This document shows, piece by piece, positions 30,721 to 41,370 of a stretch of DNA of 64,000 nt. The notes under the pieces are model-generated. The model saw only the letters and a list, made by a program, of their open reading frames with translations. It was not told the origin of the DNA and made no database searches. The stretch lies in NCBI GenBank assembly GCA_963733455.1, contig CAVTDE010000002.1:41259-105258 (forward strand), given 5' to 3'. The DNA is from an uncultured Bacteroidales bacterium. GTDB taxonomy: Bacteria; Bacteroidota; Bacteroidia; Bacteroidales; VadinHA17. Both the position numbers and the translations under genes were made by a program. The first letter of the stretch is position 1; the number at the start of each line of letters is the position of its first letter.

Positions 30721-33700
30721 TACCCTGGCCTGTAACTTTTACCCTGTTTCCCGGGATCCTCGAATAACAGTTTCCTGTATACATTGCTTCACACCATAGT
30801 GGAGGCTGGTAAAATTCGCCCTTATATGCAGCATTTAGTATCAGGACAAAAGTTTTTGTTTCACCCGGTTTAAGGCTAAAATATGTGTAAACCCTGTCAT
30901 CCCTGAAATCACGGTAGTCGGATGCGCTCTCTTTTATCCCGTAATTTGCTTCAAACATCCTTGTATTCTGGATCTCCCAGCCCGATGGGACCATTTGAGT
31001 GAGGGCAATATTATCAACACGGTTGAAAGTAGTATTGGTTACCCGAGCCGCCATCATAAAATCAGTCCCTTGCTCAAGATTGGTCTGATCGACGGGTTTC
31101 ATTGTCATATCAAGGTATTCGACTTTCATCTGCAGTCCGTTATCAACTTTGGTTTCATCAGCAACCAGAGGGATCCCTTTCCTGACAAGATTGACATAAA
31201 GGGGTTTATCGGATATGTTCTCGACAGTAAGATTGTTTGCCCCACCTTTAACCTTCAGGTTCTTTAACAAGACTTTGTTTGACTGTATTACCTGATCAGA
31301 TTTCTCTCCGTTAAATGTGATGCTGATCTTTGCCTGTCCCGGCTGACCGGATGAAGTCATTTCCGCAAACTTCATGCAGGAGAAAAGACCCCATGCCAGC
31401 GACTGTGTGCTGTACCAGCTCTCCTGGTTAAGCTCATCGCAGATCGACTTGAGAAGTGGAAATGCTTGTTCTTCCTTTTTAAGGATTGAAAGAGTGTATA
31501 ACACTACCGCTTTATCACGGATGCTGCTTCCATAGTAATATCCTGAATATTCATCTTCGGTTGAAGTATTTCGCATGTCAAGAAGATTTCCGGCCACTTC
31601 AGGTCGGCCCGACACTGCAAAAGCAGCCGCCAGGAACCACTTTGATAACTGTGGGATCCCTGCCGATTCGCGAAGCCTGTTCATTGAACCCCTGTCAGGT
31701 TCTCCTTCAAGCGAAAGTGTAAAGAGTCTGTAAGACTGGTCATTGGCCGATTGTTTGAATTTTGGATCATAACTCCATTCCTGTGCAGTTTTCTTCTGGT
31801 AGCTGGTCCACTTTTGCTTAAATCCGGGCGGTATGCTGTAACCAAGTCTTTCGGCTTCTGTCATAAAATGACCCGCATATGATGTTACCCAGTTGTCAGG
31901 CTGATAATTTCCCGGCCAAAGGGCAACTCCTCCATTATTCATTTGTCTGGAAGCGATGCTGTTAATTGCCTCCTTGATGTTCAAAGCTGATGTTTCGACA
32001 GTTTTGGTATCATTACTTGTAAGAGTTTTAAGCCAGAGCTGCGGAAATGCTGCTGAGATGATCTGCTCAGTGCAACCATAAGGGTAATCAAGCAGATAGT
32101 CAAGCCGTTTTTCAAGATTTATGGAAGGAAGGGATGAGGTTTCCAAAGAAGCAGCATCGGAACCGGTAATACCGAACGGTGAAAAAGTTGTCTCCCACTT
32201 CTCCCCTGGACTGATCAGTTTAAGTTCTGCCCTAGTCTCGGGCGGATTGGGACTTCTGACTTCGATAGCAAGATCATATTCGGCACTCTCGCCACCTCCT
32301 GAAGCCTTAACTTTGATCTTTGCAATACCGGTATTCTCGCCTGCAGTGAATGTAAATTCAGTATCCGTTTCTCCCTGACCCGAAACAGGAATTGTTTTCA
32401 CTTTTTGATCAAAAGAAAGGAGTTCATCCCCTTCGGCGATTACGTCAACTTCCGTTATTCCATCCTTTTGTATAAAAAGGGTAACCGGTAGCGCTACCTT
32501 TTCTCCGGGACTTACCACCCTGGGCGCGGTTACGAGGATCATAAGCGGATCCTTCACAATAATACTCTTGTCAGCAAAACCGAATGCTCTGTCATTGCCT
32601 GCAATAACCATTACTTTTACGGATCCGGTATACTGTGGCAGGGTAATATTATGCATTGCTGTTTTTCCCGGGGCAAGTGTAAAAGGTCCAAGGAATTTTA
32701 CAACGGGTACAAAACGTTTTGCCTTGTTTGCCGAACGGTCAATCACAGCTTCATCCCCTCCTATGGCAAAGATCCTTTCAAGCGTACCTCCGAAGGCACC
32801 AAGCACATAATCATAGAGATCCCAGGTCTGAACTCCAAGCGCTTCCCTTGCATAAAAATATTTCCAGGGATCGGGTGTTTTAAATCCGGTTATATCAAGC
32901 AATCCTTCATCGACGACTGCCAGGGTATAAGTCATCGGTTTCTTTTTCGCCTCGCTCACCTTTATCTGGAAATTCTTCCCCGACCTTATTTCATCGGCGG
33001 ATGAGATTTGCGGACTAAGCCGTGTATCAGGGTCTTCAACCATTATGGGAACAATCCCGTAAAGCCTCATTGGCATATCGTTTATTGTTTGTGCATGAGG
33101 CTGTAAAACAGTCACATAAGCATAAACATTGGGAGCCATCTCCGTTCTTGCCCTGAAAGCTGCCACGGTATTTCCCTTTGTTGTTGGCAGGTGTATCTCA
33201 TCAAGTACCGATGTTGCAGTTTCAAGTGTAACTATTGCCCTGGCATTTTCGGGAGCTGGAAATGTAAGCTTTATTTCATCCCCCGGATTATACTTTTCTT
33301 TATCGGTACTTATTGAAAGAAGTGTTGCGCCCTCGGCATTTCCTTTCATCCCGTATTCCCAGGGCCAGTCGATAAGGATGATCTTTCCTGTTGAATGCCC
33401 TCCGGCTGATGTAGCCCTTATAAGATACCTGCCCCATTGCTTTTTATCTATTTTGAATGAAAAGCTTCCCTGACCGCCCGTTGTCCTTATATGTTTGGTA
33501 ATGACAGGCTTATATATATTACTGGCTATAAAGCCTGCCAGATCCTCCCTGTCTGATTCCCACCACCACCTGTAAGAGATTTTATATATAGTAATCTCAA
33601 CATCACCGGCAACAGGATTTCCCTCAGGATCGACTGTAACAATTTTGACTTCATTTTCGGAATCAGTAAAAAGCATCCTGTCTTTCTCTTTTAAGCCGGG

Positions 33701-36289
33701 CAGGTTAATGCCGGTAAAAACAGGAAAGGGTGCATATTTTTTTGATGTCTGTATAATGCTTTCATCCCCTCCTTTTTCAGAGACTTTTGCAGTAAATACA
33801 GCATTCAGCATTCCGGGAGCGTTGATTTCTTTCCCGGGATTAAATGTTACGGTTGCATTGCCGGTTTCATCGACGGATCCATCGAACATTTTAACAGTTT
33901 CGGAATTGAATTGAATAGCAGGATCATCAAAATTATACTGCGGGAACTTTTTAAATTCTGTCTTAGTCTGTTTCAGAATGTACTCGACAGTCGATTTAAG
34001 GTTTCCTGCCACTGCTCCGTTAAGCCATTTTACTTTCAGGTTTCCTCTGGCAGTATTGTCATCCGGTCCCAGGATCTCACCGGGGAAATCAAGTTCTATT
34101 TTCAGCCTGTTTGGTTTGATAGTCTCAACCCTGACTCGTTTTGTAAAGGTTGCTCCTCCGATAAGGAAACGGGCATTATAATTGCCGGTTACGGCATCCT
34201 CCGGTGTGGCCGTAGTGAAAACCAGAAGACTCCTGCTCTCAGGTTTCTGAACCTGGTAATCAACCCTTTGTTCAAGGGGATTGATGAGCTCAAACTGCAC
34301 GGGATGATCGGCAGGAAGAGCTTTATTCATGTCTTTTATAAAGATTGAAAGATAGATGGAATCGCCCGGACGCCATACATCCCTTTCTCCATAGATAAAA
34401 GCCTTGATCCCCTTCTCGGTTTTATTTCCGGCCACGTCGAATGAACTCACCGAAAGCGAAGATCCGTCGTTAAGTTTAAGATAATTGCGGTCTTTGTCTT
34501 CTTTTGCAATTAGAAGAAATGGTTTTCTCTCACAAAACAGGGTGACAGAACCATTCTGACCGGTATTCCCCGAAACTATAGGCTGAAGCTGGAAATCATA
34601 CACATCAATCCTCACTTCGCTCAAAGGCAATGCCGAGAGAAGGTCATTCACAATTACGTGAAGCTTATTGTCAGGACCTTTTTTTGCTACAATCCCGAAG
34701 TTCGATGCAAGGATATTCCTTGTGACTTTTCTGTCGGGATTAAAGTAAGCTGCCTTGCAGGGATTATCACGGTCCCTCCAGCTGAAGCCATATGAATAAT
34801 AGAGGTAATCATCGCTATCAGCATAATAATTGTCCGGATCGTCCCAGAATTCGCGGCTCGTCTCTGCCGACATCTTAAGCATTTCTTCGTATTTGCCGAA
34901 GTCTTCTCCACCGGCGCAGGGGTAAAGGGAATAGGAAGGCCTCATACTTAGTTCCACCTTGTAAAGTATTCCCGGTTCAACATCTATGTATTCTGCAAGA
35001 TCTATCGTGTGCAGCGCCCAGGCACCAGGATTGCCGCCCGATGGACTTACAAGATCCACCCTGCCGGAATAGACTGGTCTGCCAAACCGTTTGACTGTAT
35101 AGCCTGAACTGATTTCATTCTCCTGAAGAAAATAGGGCAGGTTGTTTTCATATATTTTGATGATCTTAAGATCGACTGCTTTTAAATTTGCAGTTTTAAA
35201 CGGAAAGATGAGATTCTGTGATGATGGAAGTATAACGCCATTTCCTACCAGTTCTATTGATGGCGGAACAGGGGAGAAGTCGATCTTTTTTTGAAAAGAT
35301 GAAGTGAGGGAAATCCCTTTAAAATTTTTGAGCGACTGTTCAACATTCAGTTCAATAACACCTTCAGGTCTGGAAGAAGGGAACAGGCTCACAATGTTGG
35401 AGTTAATGCTTAATGTTGCTTCCATCGAAGGACTCAATCGGATAAGTCCCTCGGTTTCCTGTGAAGCATCGAGCGGATCGGAAAAAACAAGCTGTATGCC
35501 CTGACTTTCTCCCTGGCTGGCGATCAGATCGATGACTGAAAACTCGGTGGAAGGAGGGATCCTGACTGATGCCGAACCTTTCTGTCTTACTCCAGCCTGT
35601 GTTCCGTCCCAGTCGAGTTCGAGTTTCTGTGATTTAGCTGATCTTTCAATATTTATTACAGTAAATTTATGGATTAATTTGTCGGAATGATCCCATGCGA
35701 TCTCCATCTTCTTCCTCCCGGTTTTTGTTCTCAGGTACGATTCAACCTCTGAAGAAGCTATATAATCTGAAGCAACAACTTCGCCATGGAGAGAATATTT
35801 ATTACCTTCCGGAGAACTCTCCAGCGCGCCGGTTGTAACAATGAAATCTTTTTTTATGGTACTGACCCTTATGGGGAAGACCTTCAGATTGTCTTTCACC
35901 TCAGCAAGTTTATCAAGATTCAGTTTTCCGGTATAGGTTGTACCCGGATCAAGAGTTTTGGCTGGTTTGAAAGCCAGGGTTACATCGTCAGTCCATTCAG
36001 CCTTACCTCTTATTACAGGTTCAAAGAGAAAGAGTGCTGCTGGTGTCTGCTTGTTGGCCTTAACTGCAAATTCAGGAGTAAAGCGAATTTCAATGACGGA
36101 ATTCACAGAAATTATCCCGGAGGTATATCCGGAGATATATTCGGAGAAACCCTTATCTATGGGGATATTGATCTCCTCAGTTGGCTGTATCTTTTTTAGG
36201 GTGAATTTTACAGGAGGTTTCTCCCTAGGACCGCAGGACGAAACCGCTAACAGGATCAAGACCGGAAGGAACAGTTTTGCAGCTTTCAT
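30713..36289 (-). CDS. bacterial alpha-2-macroglobulin (YfhM-like lipoprotein)
   Basis: Lipobox VSS-C; ERDVWRPG, LAVVDEG and thioester motif YPYGCTEQ; overlaps the pbpC start. Confidence 0.92.
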   Translation of the reverse strand: MKAAKLFLPVLILLAVSSCGPREKPPVKFTLKKIQPTEEINIPIDKGFSEYISGYTSGIISVNSVIEIRFTPEFAVKANKQTPAALFLFEPVIRGKAEWTDDVTLAFKPAKTLDPGTTYTGKLNLDKLAEVKDNLKVFPIRVSTIKKDFIVTTGALESSPEGNKYSLHGEVVASDYIASSEVESYLRTKTGRKKMEIAWDHSDKLIHKFTVINIERSAKSQKLELDWDGTQAGVRQKGSASVRIPPSTEFSVIDLIASQGESQGIQLVFSDPLDASQETEGLIRLSPSMEATLSINSNIVSLFPSSRPEGVIELNVEQSLKNFKGISLTSSFQKKIDFSPVPPSIELVGNGVILPSSQNLIFPFKTANLKAVDLKIIKIYENNLPYFLQENEISSGYTVKRFGRPVYSGRVDLVSPSGGNPGAWALHTIDLAEYIDVEPGILYKVELSMRPSYSLYPCAGGEDFGKYEEMLKMSAETSREFWDDPDNYYADSDDYLYYSYGFSWRDRDNPCKAAYFNPDRKVTRNILASNFGIVAKKGPDNKLHVIVNDLLSALPLSEVRIDVYDFQLQPIVSGNTGQNGSVTLFCERKPFLLIAKEDKDRNYLKLNDGSSLSVSSFDVAGNKTEKGIKAFIYGERDVWRPGDSIYLSIFIKDMNKALPADHPVQFELINPLEQRVDYQVQKPESRSLLVFTTATPEDAVTGNYNARFLIGGATFTKRVRVETIKPNRLKIELDFPGEILGPDDNTARGNLKVKWLNGAVAGNLKSTVEYILKQTKTEFKKFPQYNFDDPAIQFNSETVKMFDGSVDETGNATVTFNPGKEINAPGMLNAVFTAKVSEKGGDESIIQTSKKYAPFPVFTGINLPGLKEKDRMLFTDSENEVKIVTVDPEGNPVAGDVEITIYKISYRWWWESDREDLAGFIASNIYKPVITKHIRTTGGQGSFSFKIDKKQWGRYLIRATSAGGHSTGKIILIDWPWEYGMKGNAEGATLLSISTDKEKYNPGDEIKLTFPAPENARAIVTLETATSVLDEIHLPTTKGNTVAAFRARTEMAPNVYAYVTVLQPHAQTINDMPMRLYGIVPIMVEDPDTRLSPQISSADEIRSGKNFQIKVSEAKKKPMTYTLAVVDEGLLDITGFKTPDPWKYFYAREALGVQTWDLYDYVLGAFGGTLERIFAIGGDEAVIDRSANKAKRFVPVVKFLGPFTLAPGKTAMHNITLPQYTGSVKVMVIAGNDRAFGFADKSIIVKDPLMILVTAPRVVSPGEKVALPVTLFIQKDGITEVDVIAEGDELLSFDQKVKTIPVSGQGETDTEFTFTAGENTGIAKIKVKASGGGESAEYDLAIEVRSPNPPETRAELKLISPGEKWETTFSPFGITGSDAASLETSSLPSINLEKRLDYLLDYPYGCTEQIISAAFPQLWLKTLTSNDTKTVETSALNIKEAINSIASRQMNNGGVALWPGNYQPDNWVTSYAGHFMTEAERLGYSIPPGFKQKWTSYQKKTAQEWSYDPKFKQSANDQSYRLFTLSLEGEPDRGSMNRLRESAGIPQLSKWFLAAAFAVSGRPEVAGNLLDMRNTSTEDEYSGYYYGSSIRDKAVVLYTLSILKKEEQAFPLLKSICDELNQESWYSTQSLAWGLFSCMKFAEMTSSGQPGQAKISITFNGEKSDQVIQSNKVLLKNLKVKGGANNLTVENISDKPLYVNLVRKGIPLVADETKVDNGLQMKVEYLDMTMKPVDQTNLEQGTDFMMAARVTNTTFNRVDNIALTQMVPSGWEIQNTRMFEANYGIKESASDYRDFRDDRVYTYFSLKPGETKTFVLILNAAYKGEFYQPPLWCEAMYTGNCYSRIPGNRVKVTGQGIE

Positions 36290-36576
36290 AATATGGGGAT
36301 CAAATCATTATCGAAGCAATTCACAGGATATCCAGTAAAACGGGGAAAGAAATTAATCCAAGATTAAAAGTACGAAAAAGAAATGAGACTTGCGGAAGTC
36401 AATCACTTACCTCCATGAAATCAATCTCTCAACCCCATTGGTTAACCCCCAACCCCCACCACATGCCTCCCCTGCAGGCTGGCTCCTTCGCTGAGACTTG
36501 CCCACTGGGCAGATATACTATTAACTCAGTTCCCTGGGGGCTTGAAAAAGCCTTCTTTAACCTTCACAGCTCGCTA

Positions 36577-36861
36577 GGTTCACCCCCAACCCCCTAAAGG
36601 GGGCTTGATATTTGCTACCTTCCAGCTCTTTCGCTTCCCGCTGGTTGTAAATTTGTTAATTTGCTGCACTTAAATATCAGAAGATGTGATCAATAGTAAT
36701 TGAAAGGAACATGTTTTATGGAGCCAGTCATAAAACTTCCGAAAAGGCACATGAATTAAGGGGATTTATGAATATTTAACGATATCAATTAGGTTAAAAA
36801 GGAGATGCTGGTTGCTATGGCAGGCAAAAAGGAACCCCCTTTAGGGGGCAGGGGGTGAACC
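36577..36861 (+). mobile_element. internally deleted (MITE-like) DUF559 element, copy 3
   Basis: Same TIRs as copy 1; the 5' end (GAAAGGAACATGTTTTATGGAGCCAG) and 3' end of the gene are joined with about 240 bp missing; ATG context mutated. Confidence 0.8.
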
Positions 36862-36877
36862 AAGTCAGAATTGAATC

Positions 36878-38824
36878 TTACAGCAAAATCCTGTTCCCCA
36901 GCTTCTTCGAGATCAACCCGAGTGCAATGCTGAGGTTGTTATATCTTTTCTGCAGAGAAAGAATCTTTTCCTGATCATTCGATTTTACGGCTTCCTCAAG
37001 AAGGATCATGATCTCCTTCCGGCGTTCATTTATCTTATCGCTTTTGAATTTTAGGACAGCATCAGGGACTATCTCCCTGAGCTTCATTTCCTCGGTTTCA
37101 ACATATGTTTGTTTATCCTGCCATATCTTGCTCAGTTCGTGCGAATCGGAGAGTAGATCCGCAGAAAGCTGCGATATATCGGGATCCTCATGTTTTATAA
37201 AATGTTTTTCGCCGGGAAAGAGCCCCTGCTCTGAGTTAAACCTGAATTCAGCAAAGATTTTGGCACAGACAGTGTTTTCGAAGGCGAGATCGTCTGATAT
37301 TATTTCATTAACAATATAATCAGACACCGTCACAGCTTCTTCCTTGCCATCCACTCCGTTTATCCTGCGTTCCAGGACCTCACTTCCATATTTCAGAAGC
37401 AGCCGTGTTATCTCTCTCTCCGAATAATACGTTGTGGTTGTTGGCCTTACAGGTTTCACTATTTCAGGAGGCGGCACCGGAAGATCCTCCAGTCCGGGGT
37501 ATTTGTTCCTTTCTGTAAACGACTTCTGCTGCATGAGCTTGTTCACCTCATGATAAAGCACCGGCTCGGGGACCTCAAGAACTACGCTGCACTCCTTTAT
37601 GTACACTGTCTGTGTTATCGCCTCAGGGATAACGGCAATCGACTTTACAACATCCCTGATAAGGTTTGCTTTTTTGACAGGATCAGTGCTGGCTTCCGAT
37701 AGAAGGAGCTGAGTCTTGAACCGTATGAAATCAGTCTCGTGATCTTTGATGTACTTTGTAAACTCTTCATTGCTTACTTTTTTGGAGTATGAATCCGGAT
37801 CCTCACCATCGGGCAGCAAAACTATCCTGACATTCATTCCTTCCTCAAGCACAATATCGATACCACGGATTGAAGCTTTGATCCCTGCAGCATCACCGTC
37901 ATAAAGTATGGTAATGTTCGGAGTGAACCTTTTGATCAGCCTCACCTGTTCCCGGGTAAGCGAGGTACCTGATGATGCGACGACATTCTCGATGTTTACT
38001 TCGTGAAGCGACAACACATCAGTGTATCCCTCAACAAGGTAGCACCTGTCCTCCTGAGTGATCATCTTCCTTGCCTGGTAGATGCCGTAAAGGATCCGGC
38101 TCTTGTGATATATTTCAGATTCCGGAGAATTAAGGTATTTCGCGCTTTTTGGATCTGCCTTAAGGATTCGTCCGCCAAAACCAAGTACCTGTCCCGACAA
38201 GCCATGTATGGGGAACATCACTCTTCCGCTGAACCTGTCGAAAATGCGCTCCTCGTGCTGTATTGTAAGGCCGGTCTTTACCAGGAAATCCTGTTTATAC
38301 CCGTCTTCAAGCGCTTTTTTTGAAAATGCGTCCCGCTGTTCAAAGCTGTAACCGACCTCAAATTTCTTAAGTACGTTCTGTTTGAATCCTCTTTCCTTAA
38401 AGTAGGTGAGTCCGACAGTAGTACCCTCATCCGAGTTTAAGAGATTCTCAGTGAACTGTCGTGCAGCATAAGCTGTGACAACAAGCAGACTCTCCCTTTC
38501 ATTCTGTTTCTCAATCTCTTCCTGGGTCCTTTCTTTTTCAACAATCTCGATATGGTATTTCCTTGCAAGATATTTAAGGGCTTCAGGGTAGGTGAGGTGT
38601 TCATGTTCCATTATGAAGTTGACCGAATTCCCAACCTTCCCGCAACCGAAGCATTTGAATATCTCCTTCGACGGCGATACCGTGAATGAAGGAGTCTTCT
38701 CATTATGGAACGGACACAATCCCAAATAGTTAACTCCTCGTTTCTTCAGCGGAACAAACTCCTGAACTACATCAACGATCTCGGCAGCATCGAATATTCT
38801 TTCTATGGTCGGGCGATCAATCAT
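36878..38824 (-). CDS. dnaG: DNA primase
   Basis: CPFH.EKTPSF zinc finger, KCFGCG, KYLNSPE, VEGYTDV, TOPRIM YDGD.AG. Confidence 0.97.
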   Translation of the reverse strand: MIDRPTIERIFDAAEIVDVVQEFVPLKKRGVNYLGLCPFHNEKTPSFTVSPSKEIFKCFGCGKVGNSVNFIMEHEHLTYPEALKYLARKYHIEIVEKERTQEEIEKQNERESLLVVTAYAARQFTENLLNSDEGTTVGLTYFKERGFKQNVLKKFEVGYSFEQRDAFSKKALEDGYKQDFLVKTGLTIQHEERIFDRFSGRVMFPIHGLSGQVLGFGGRILKADPKSAKYLNSPESEIYHKSRILYGIYQARKMITQEDRCYLVEGYTDVLSLHEVNIENVVASSGTSLTREQVRLIKRFTPNITILYDGDAAGIKASIRGIDIVLEEGMNVRIVLLPDGEDPDSYSKKVSNEEFTKYIKDHETDFIRFKTQLLLSEASTDPVKKANLIRDVVKSIAVIPEAITQTVYIKECSVVLEVPEPVLYHEVNKLMQQKSFTERNKYPGLEDLPVPPPEIVKPVRPTTTTYYSEREITRLLLKYGSEVLERRINGVDGKEEAVTVSDYIVNEIISDDLAFENTVCAKIFAEFRFNSEQGLFPGEKHFIKHEDPDISQLSADLLSDSHELSKIWQDKQTYVETEEMKLREIVPDAVLKFKSDKINERRKEIMILLEEAVKSNDQEKILSLQKRYNNLSIALGLISKKLGNRILL

Positions 38825-38935
38825 GATTCAAAGATAGGGGATTTTGGCACTCCGGATTCATTCTGTTTACAAGGTCTATCTTTTTGCTCGTGACCCTCCC
38901 TTAATCTTGCATTCTTTTGAGCTACTTAACCAGTT

Positions 38936-39625
38936 TCAAATTAACCTCATCAAATTTTCCGACAGTATTTTCACACCTTTTGTAGCTGGTGCCATTATTA
39001 TCTCAATCTTCCGGCTGACGGGTGCGTTAACTTCTTTCGGATCGATAAGCCAGAGCGAAGCCCTGGAGGGAGCATACTCTATTAAACCTGCCGCAGGATA
39101 AACATTGAGTGAGGAGCCGATCACCACAAAAATATCAGCCGTAGAGGTGATCCTTACGGCTTCATCCATCATTGGAACAGCCTCCCCGAACCAGACAATA
39201 TGCGGCCTCAGCTGACTTCCCCTTTCGCACTTGTCACCCGGTTTGATGTCGTTATATCCGATATCATATATCAATGACGGATCTGCAGTACTCCTTGCTT
39301 TTGTAAGCTCCCCATGCAAATGAAGAACTCTGGTGCTCCCCGCTCTTTCATGAAGATTATCAATGTTTTGAGTTATAATCTGAACATTGAAATATTTCTC
39401 CAGCTCTGCAAGCCCTGTATGTCCTGTGTTGGGCACAGCCCTGGCTAGCTGAGCTCTTCTCTCATTATAAAACCGCAATACCAGATCCCTGTTTTTCATC
39501 CAGGCCATGGGAGTTGCAACTTCAGTGACATCATACTCTTCCCATAGACCGCCCGAATCGCGGAATGTCCTGATGCCGCTCTCTGAGCTCATCCCGGCGC
39601 CGGTGAGTATTACAAGATTTTTCAT
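38936..39625 (-). CDS. cobB: NAD-dependent protein deacylase (sirtuin)
   Basis: TGAGMSSESGI.TFR, TQNID.LHERAG, HLHG, RPHIVWFGE. Confidence 0.92.
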   Translation of the reverse strand: MKNLVILTGAGMSSESGIRTFRDSGGLWEEYDVTEVATPMAWMKNRDLVLRFYNERRAQLARAVPNTGHTGLAELEKYFNVQIITQNIDNLHERAGSTRVLHLHGELTKARSTADPSLIYDIGYNDIKPGDKCERGSQLRPHIVWFGEAVPMMDEAVRITSTADIFVVIGSSLNVYPAAGLIEYAPSRASLWLIDPKEVNAPVSRKIEIIMAPATKGVKILSENLMRLI

Positions 39626-39787
39626 CTTTTTAAAATTGAATGAAATAAATTTAGCAATTATTTAGAAAATGGTCTTACAGGACTAAAACAATCTCCAAAG
39701 GGGCCAGCCTGAGGGCATAGGCGTCAACATAAGGAATAGTATCGTTTATTAATCAAACGGTATGCAACAGATTATCAATAATTTACA

Positions 39788-40088
39788 TTTCCCCTCCTTT
39801 TCAAGGAGGGGTGGCCGGGACTATTGACTTTTAGATGTTTACAATTTACTTTCCCGGCCGGGGTGGTTAACTTTAACTTACTCCATAAAACAGTTAATTC
39901 AGAGGAGGAGTTTAATCTCAGAAATAATCTGAAAGGTTTTGATCTTTTTCGGTTAAAGAGGTGTTTACTATCCATTTGAATAAACGTAATAAGAAAGAAT
40001 GAATCAACCACCCCGGCCAGATGAATTTAGTTTCTGCCTTTGAGATGATTTCACCATCTGGCCACCCCTCCTTCAAAAGGAGGGGAAA
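39788..40088 (-). mobile_element. deleted element of a second DUF559 subfamily with bipartite ends of about 80 bp
   Basis: Outer 29-bp TIR TTTCCCCTCCTTTTsAAGGAGGGGTGGCC (1 mismatch); inner inverted GGCCGGGGTGGTT; the minus-strand interior encodes MDSKHLFNRK..KPFR.FLR.NSSSE..LWSKLK, like a DUF559 N-terminus. Confidence 0.65.
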
Positions 40089-40252
40089 GTTATTTAACTG
40101 TATTTCTGATAATTAGATAATTCTCAGTCTAAAACTGATTCTTAGGTTGACGGCCTTAAGGGGAGGGATGTGGTGGGGGAAGGCGTGAAACATTGAGGTT
40201 AACAAAAGGTTTGTAAAATTTACTACCTTTACACTCATGTACTTATCTTCAG

Positions 40253-40828
40253 ATGGTTAATCTGACCCGAAAAATAATCCTCGCCGTAACCGGCGCAAGC
40301 GGATCAATTTACGCTCAGAAACTTCTTTTAAAACTGGCAAGTCTGGAAACACCGCCATCTGAGATTGCCGTGATCTTTTCAAATACAGCAAGGGAGATAT
40401 GGCAATACGAGACAGGGCAGCAATACGAAGCGGTTCTTCCGGTAAAGGAGTTTCATAATGACGACTTTTTCGCACCATTCGCCTCAGGGTCATCCGGTTA
40501 TGATACTATGATAATTTGTCCTTCATCAATGGGGATGCTCGGACGTATTGCGGGTGGTATCTCAGACGATCTCATAACGCGGGCTGCAGATGTAGTGCTG
40601 AAAGAAAGACGCACATTGATCCTTGTACCGAGAGAGACACCCTATAACCTTATCCATATAAGAAATATGGAAACCCTCACACTTTCGGGCGCGGTCATTT
40701 GTCCGGCAACACCTTCGTTCTACAGCAAACCGGCGACCATCGACGATCTTGTAATGACAGTTGTGGACAGGATAGTTTCACTTGCCGGATTCGATGCACA
40801 ATCATACAGGTGGATGGAACATGGTTGA
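40253..40828 (+). CDS. ubiX: flavin prenyltransferase UbiX
   Basis: AVTGASGSIY, ASGS, PSSMG, RAADVVLKERR.LIL.PRETP, P.FY..P. Confidence 0.93.
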   Translation: MVNLTRKIILAVTGASGSIYAQKLLLKLASLETPPSEIAVIFSNTAREIWQYETGQQYEAVLPVKEFHNDDFFAPFASGSSGYDTMIICPSSMGMLGRIAGGISDDLITRAADVVLKERRTLILVPRETPYNLIHIRNMETLTLSGAVICPATPSFYSKPATIDDLVMTVVDRIVSLAGFDAQSYRWMEHG

Positions 40829-41249
40829 CAGCAGAATAATCAGGTTTTTCAGGAAACATCATGTCCTTACGGTTGCAACGAGTGTAAATAACGAACCCTG
40901 GTGTGCAAGCTGCTTTTATGTTTACATTGAGAACAAGAACGCCCTCGTTATTACATCCGACACAGGAACTCGTCACGCAAGTGAGTTCCTGAAGAATAAA
41001 CTCGTTGCTGGCTCTGTGGTTCTTGAGACACAAATCATTGGAAAGATCCGGGGGATACAGTTCCAGGGAACCGTCTCTGAACCGGAAGGAGAACTGGCAG
41101 AAATCACGGAAAGTGCTTATCTTAAAAGATTCCCGGTTGCAATGCTGATGGAAACCCGGCTCTGGGTTATAAACCTGACTTATATCAAACTGACGGATAA
41201 CAGGTTAGGATTTGGGAAAAAAATCATCTGGTCTGCTGGAACGGCGTAA
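40821..41249 (+). CDS. pyridoxamine-5'-phosphate-oxidase-like / YhbP (UPF0306) family protein
   Basis: HHVLTVAT, PWCASCFY, TRHA, IRGIQFQG, KLTDNRLGFGKK.IW; start at 40821 overlaps the ubiX stop. Confidence 0.8.
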   Translation: MVDSRIIRFFRKHHVLTVATSVNNEPWCASCFYVYIENKNALVITSDTGTRHASEFLKNKLVAGSVVLETQIIGKIRGIQFQGTVSEPEGELAEITESAYLKRFPVAMLMETRLWVINLTYIKLTDNRLGFGKKIIWSAGTA

Positions 41250-41370
41250 TGGCGTTACGGTGTAAGGGCGTTACGGCCATCCTTATTATTGACCTAGTGC
41301 ATGCGACTTTAGGATTGCTTCGTTGTTCCCCCTTCCAATTGACCGTAACATAAATGATGATTACTTTAAA

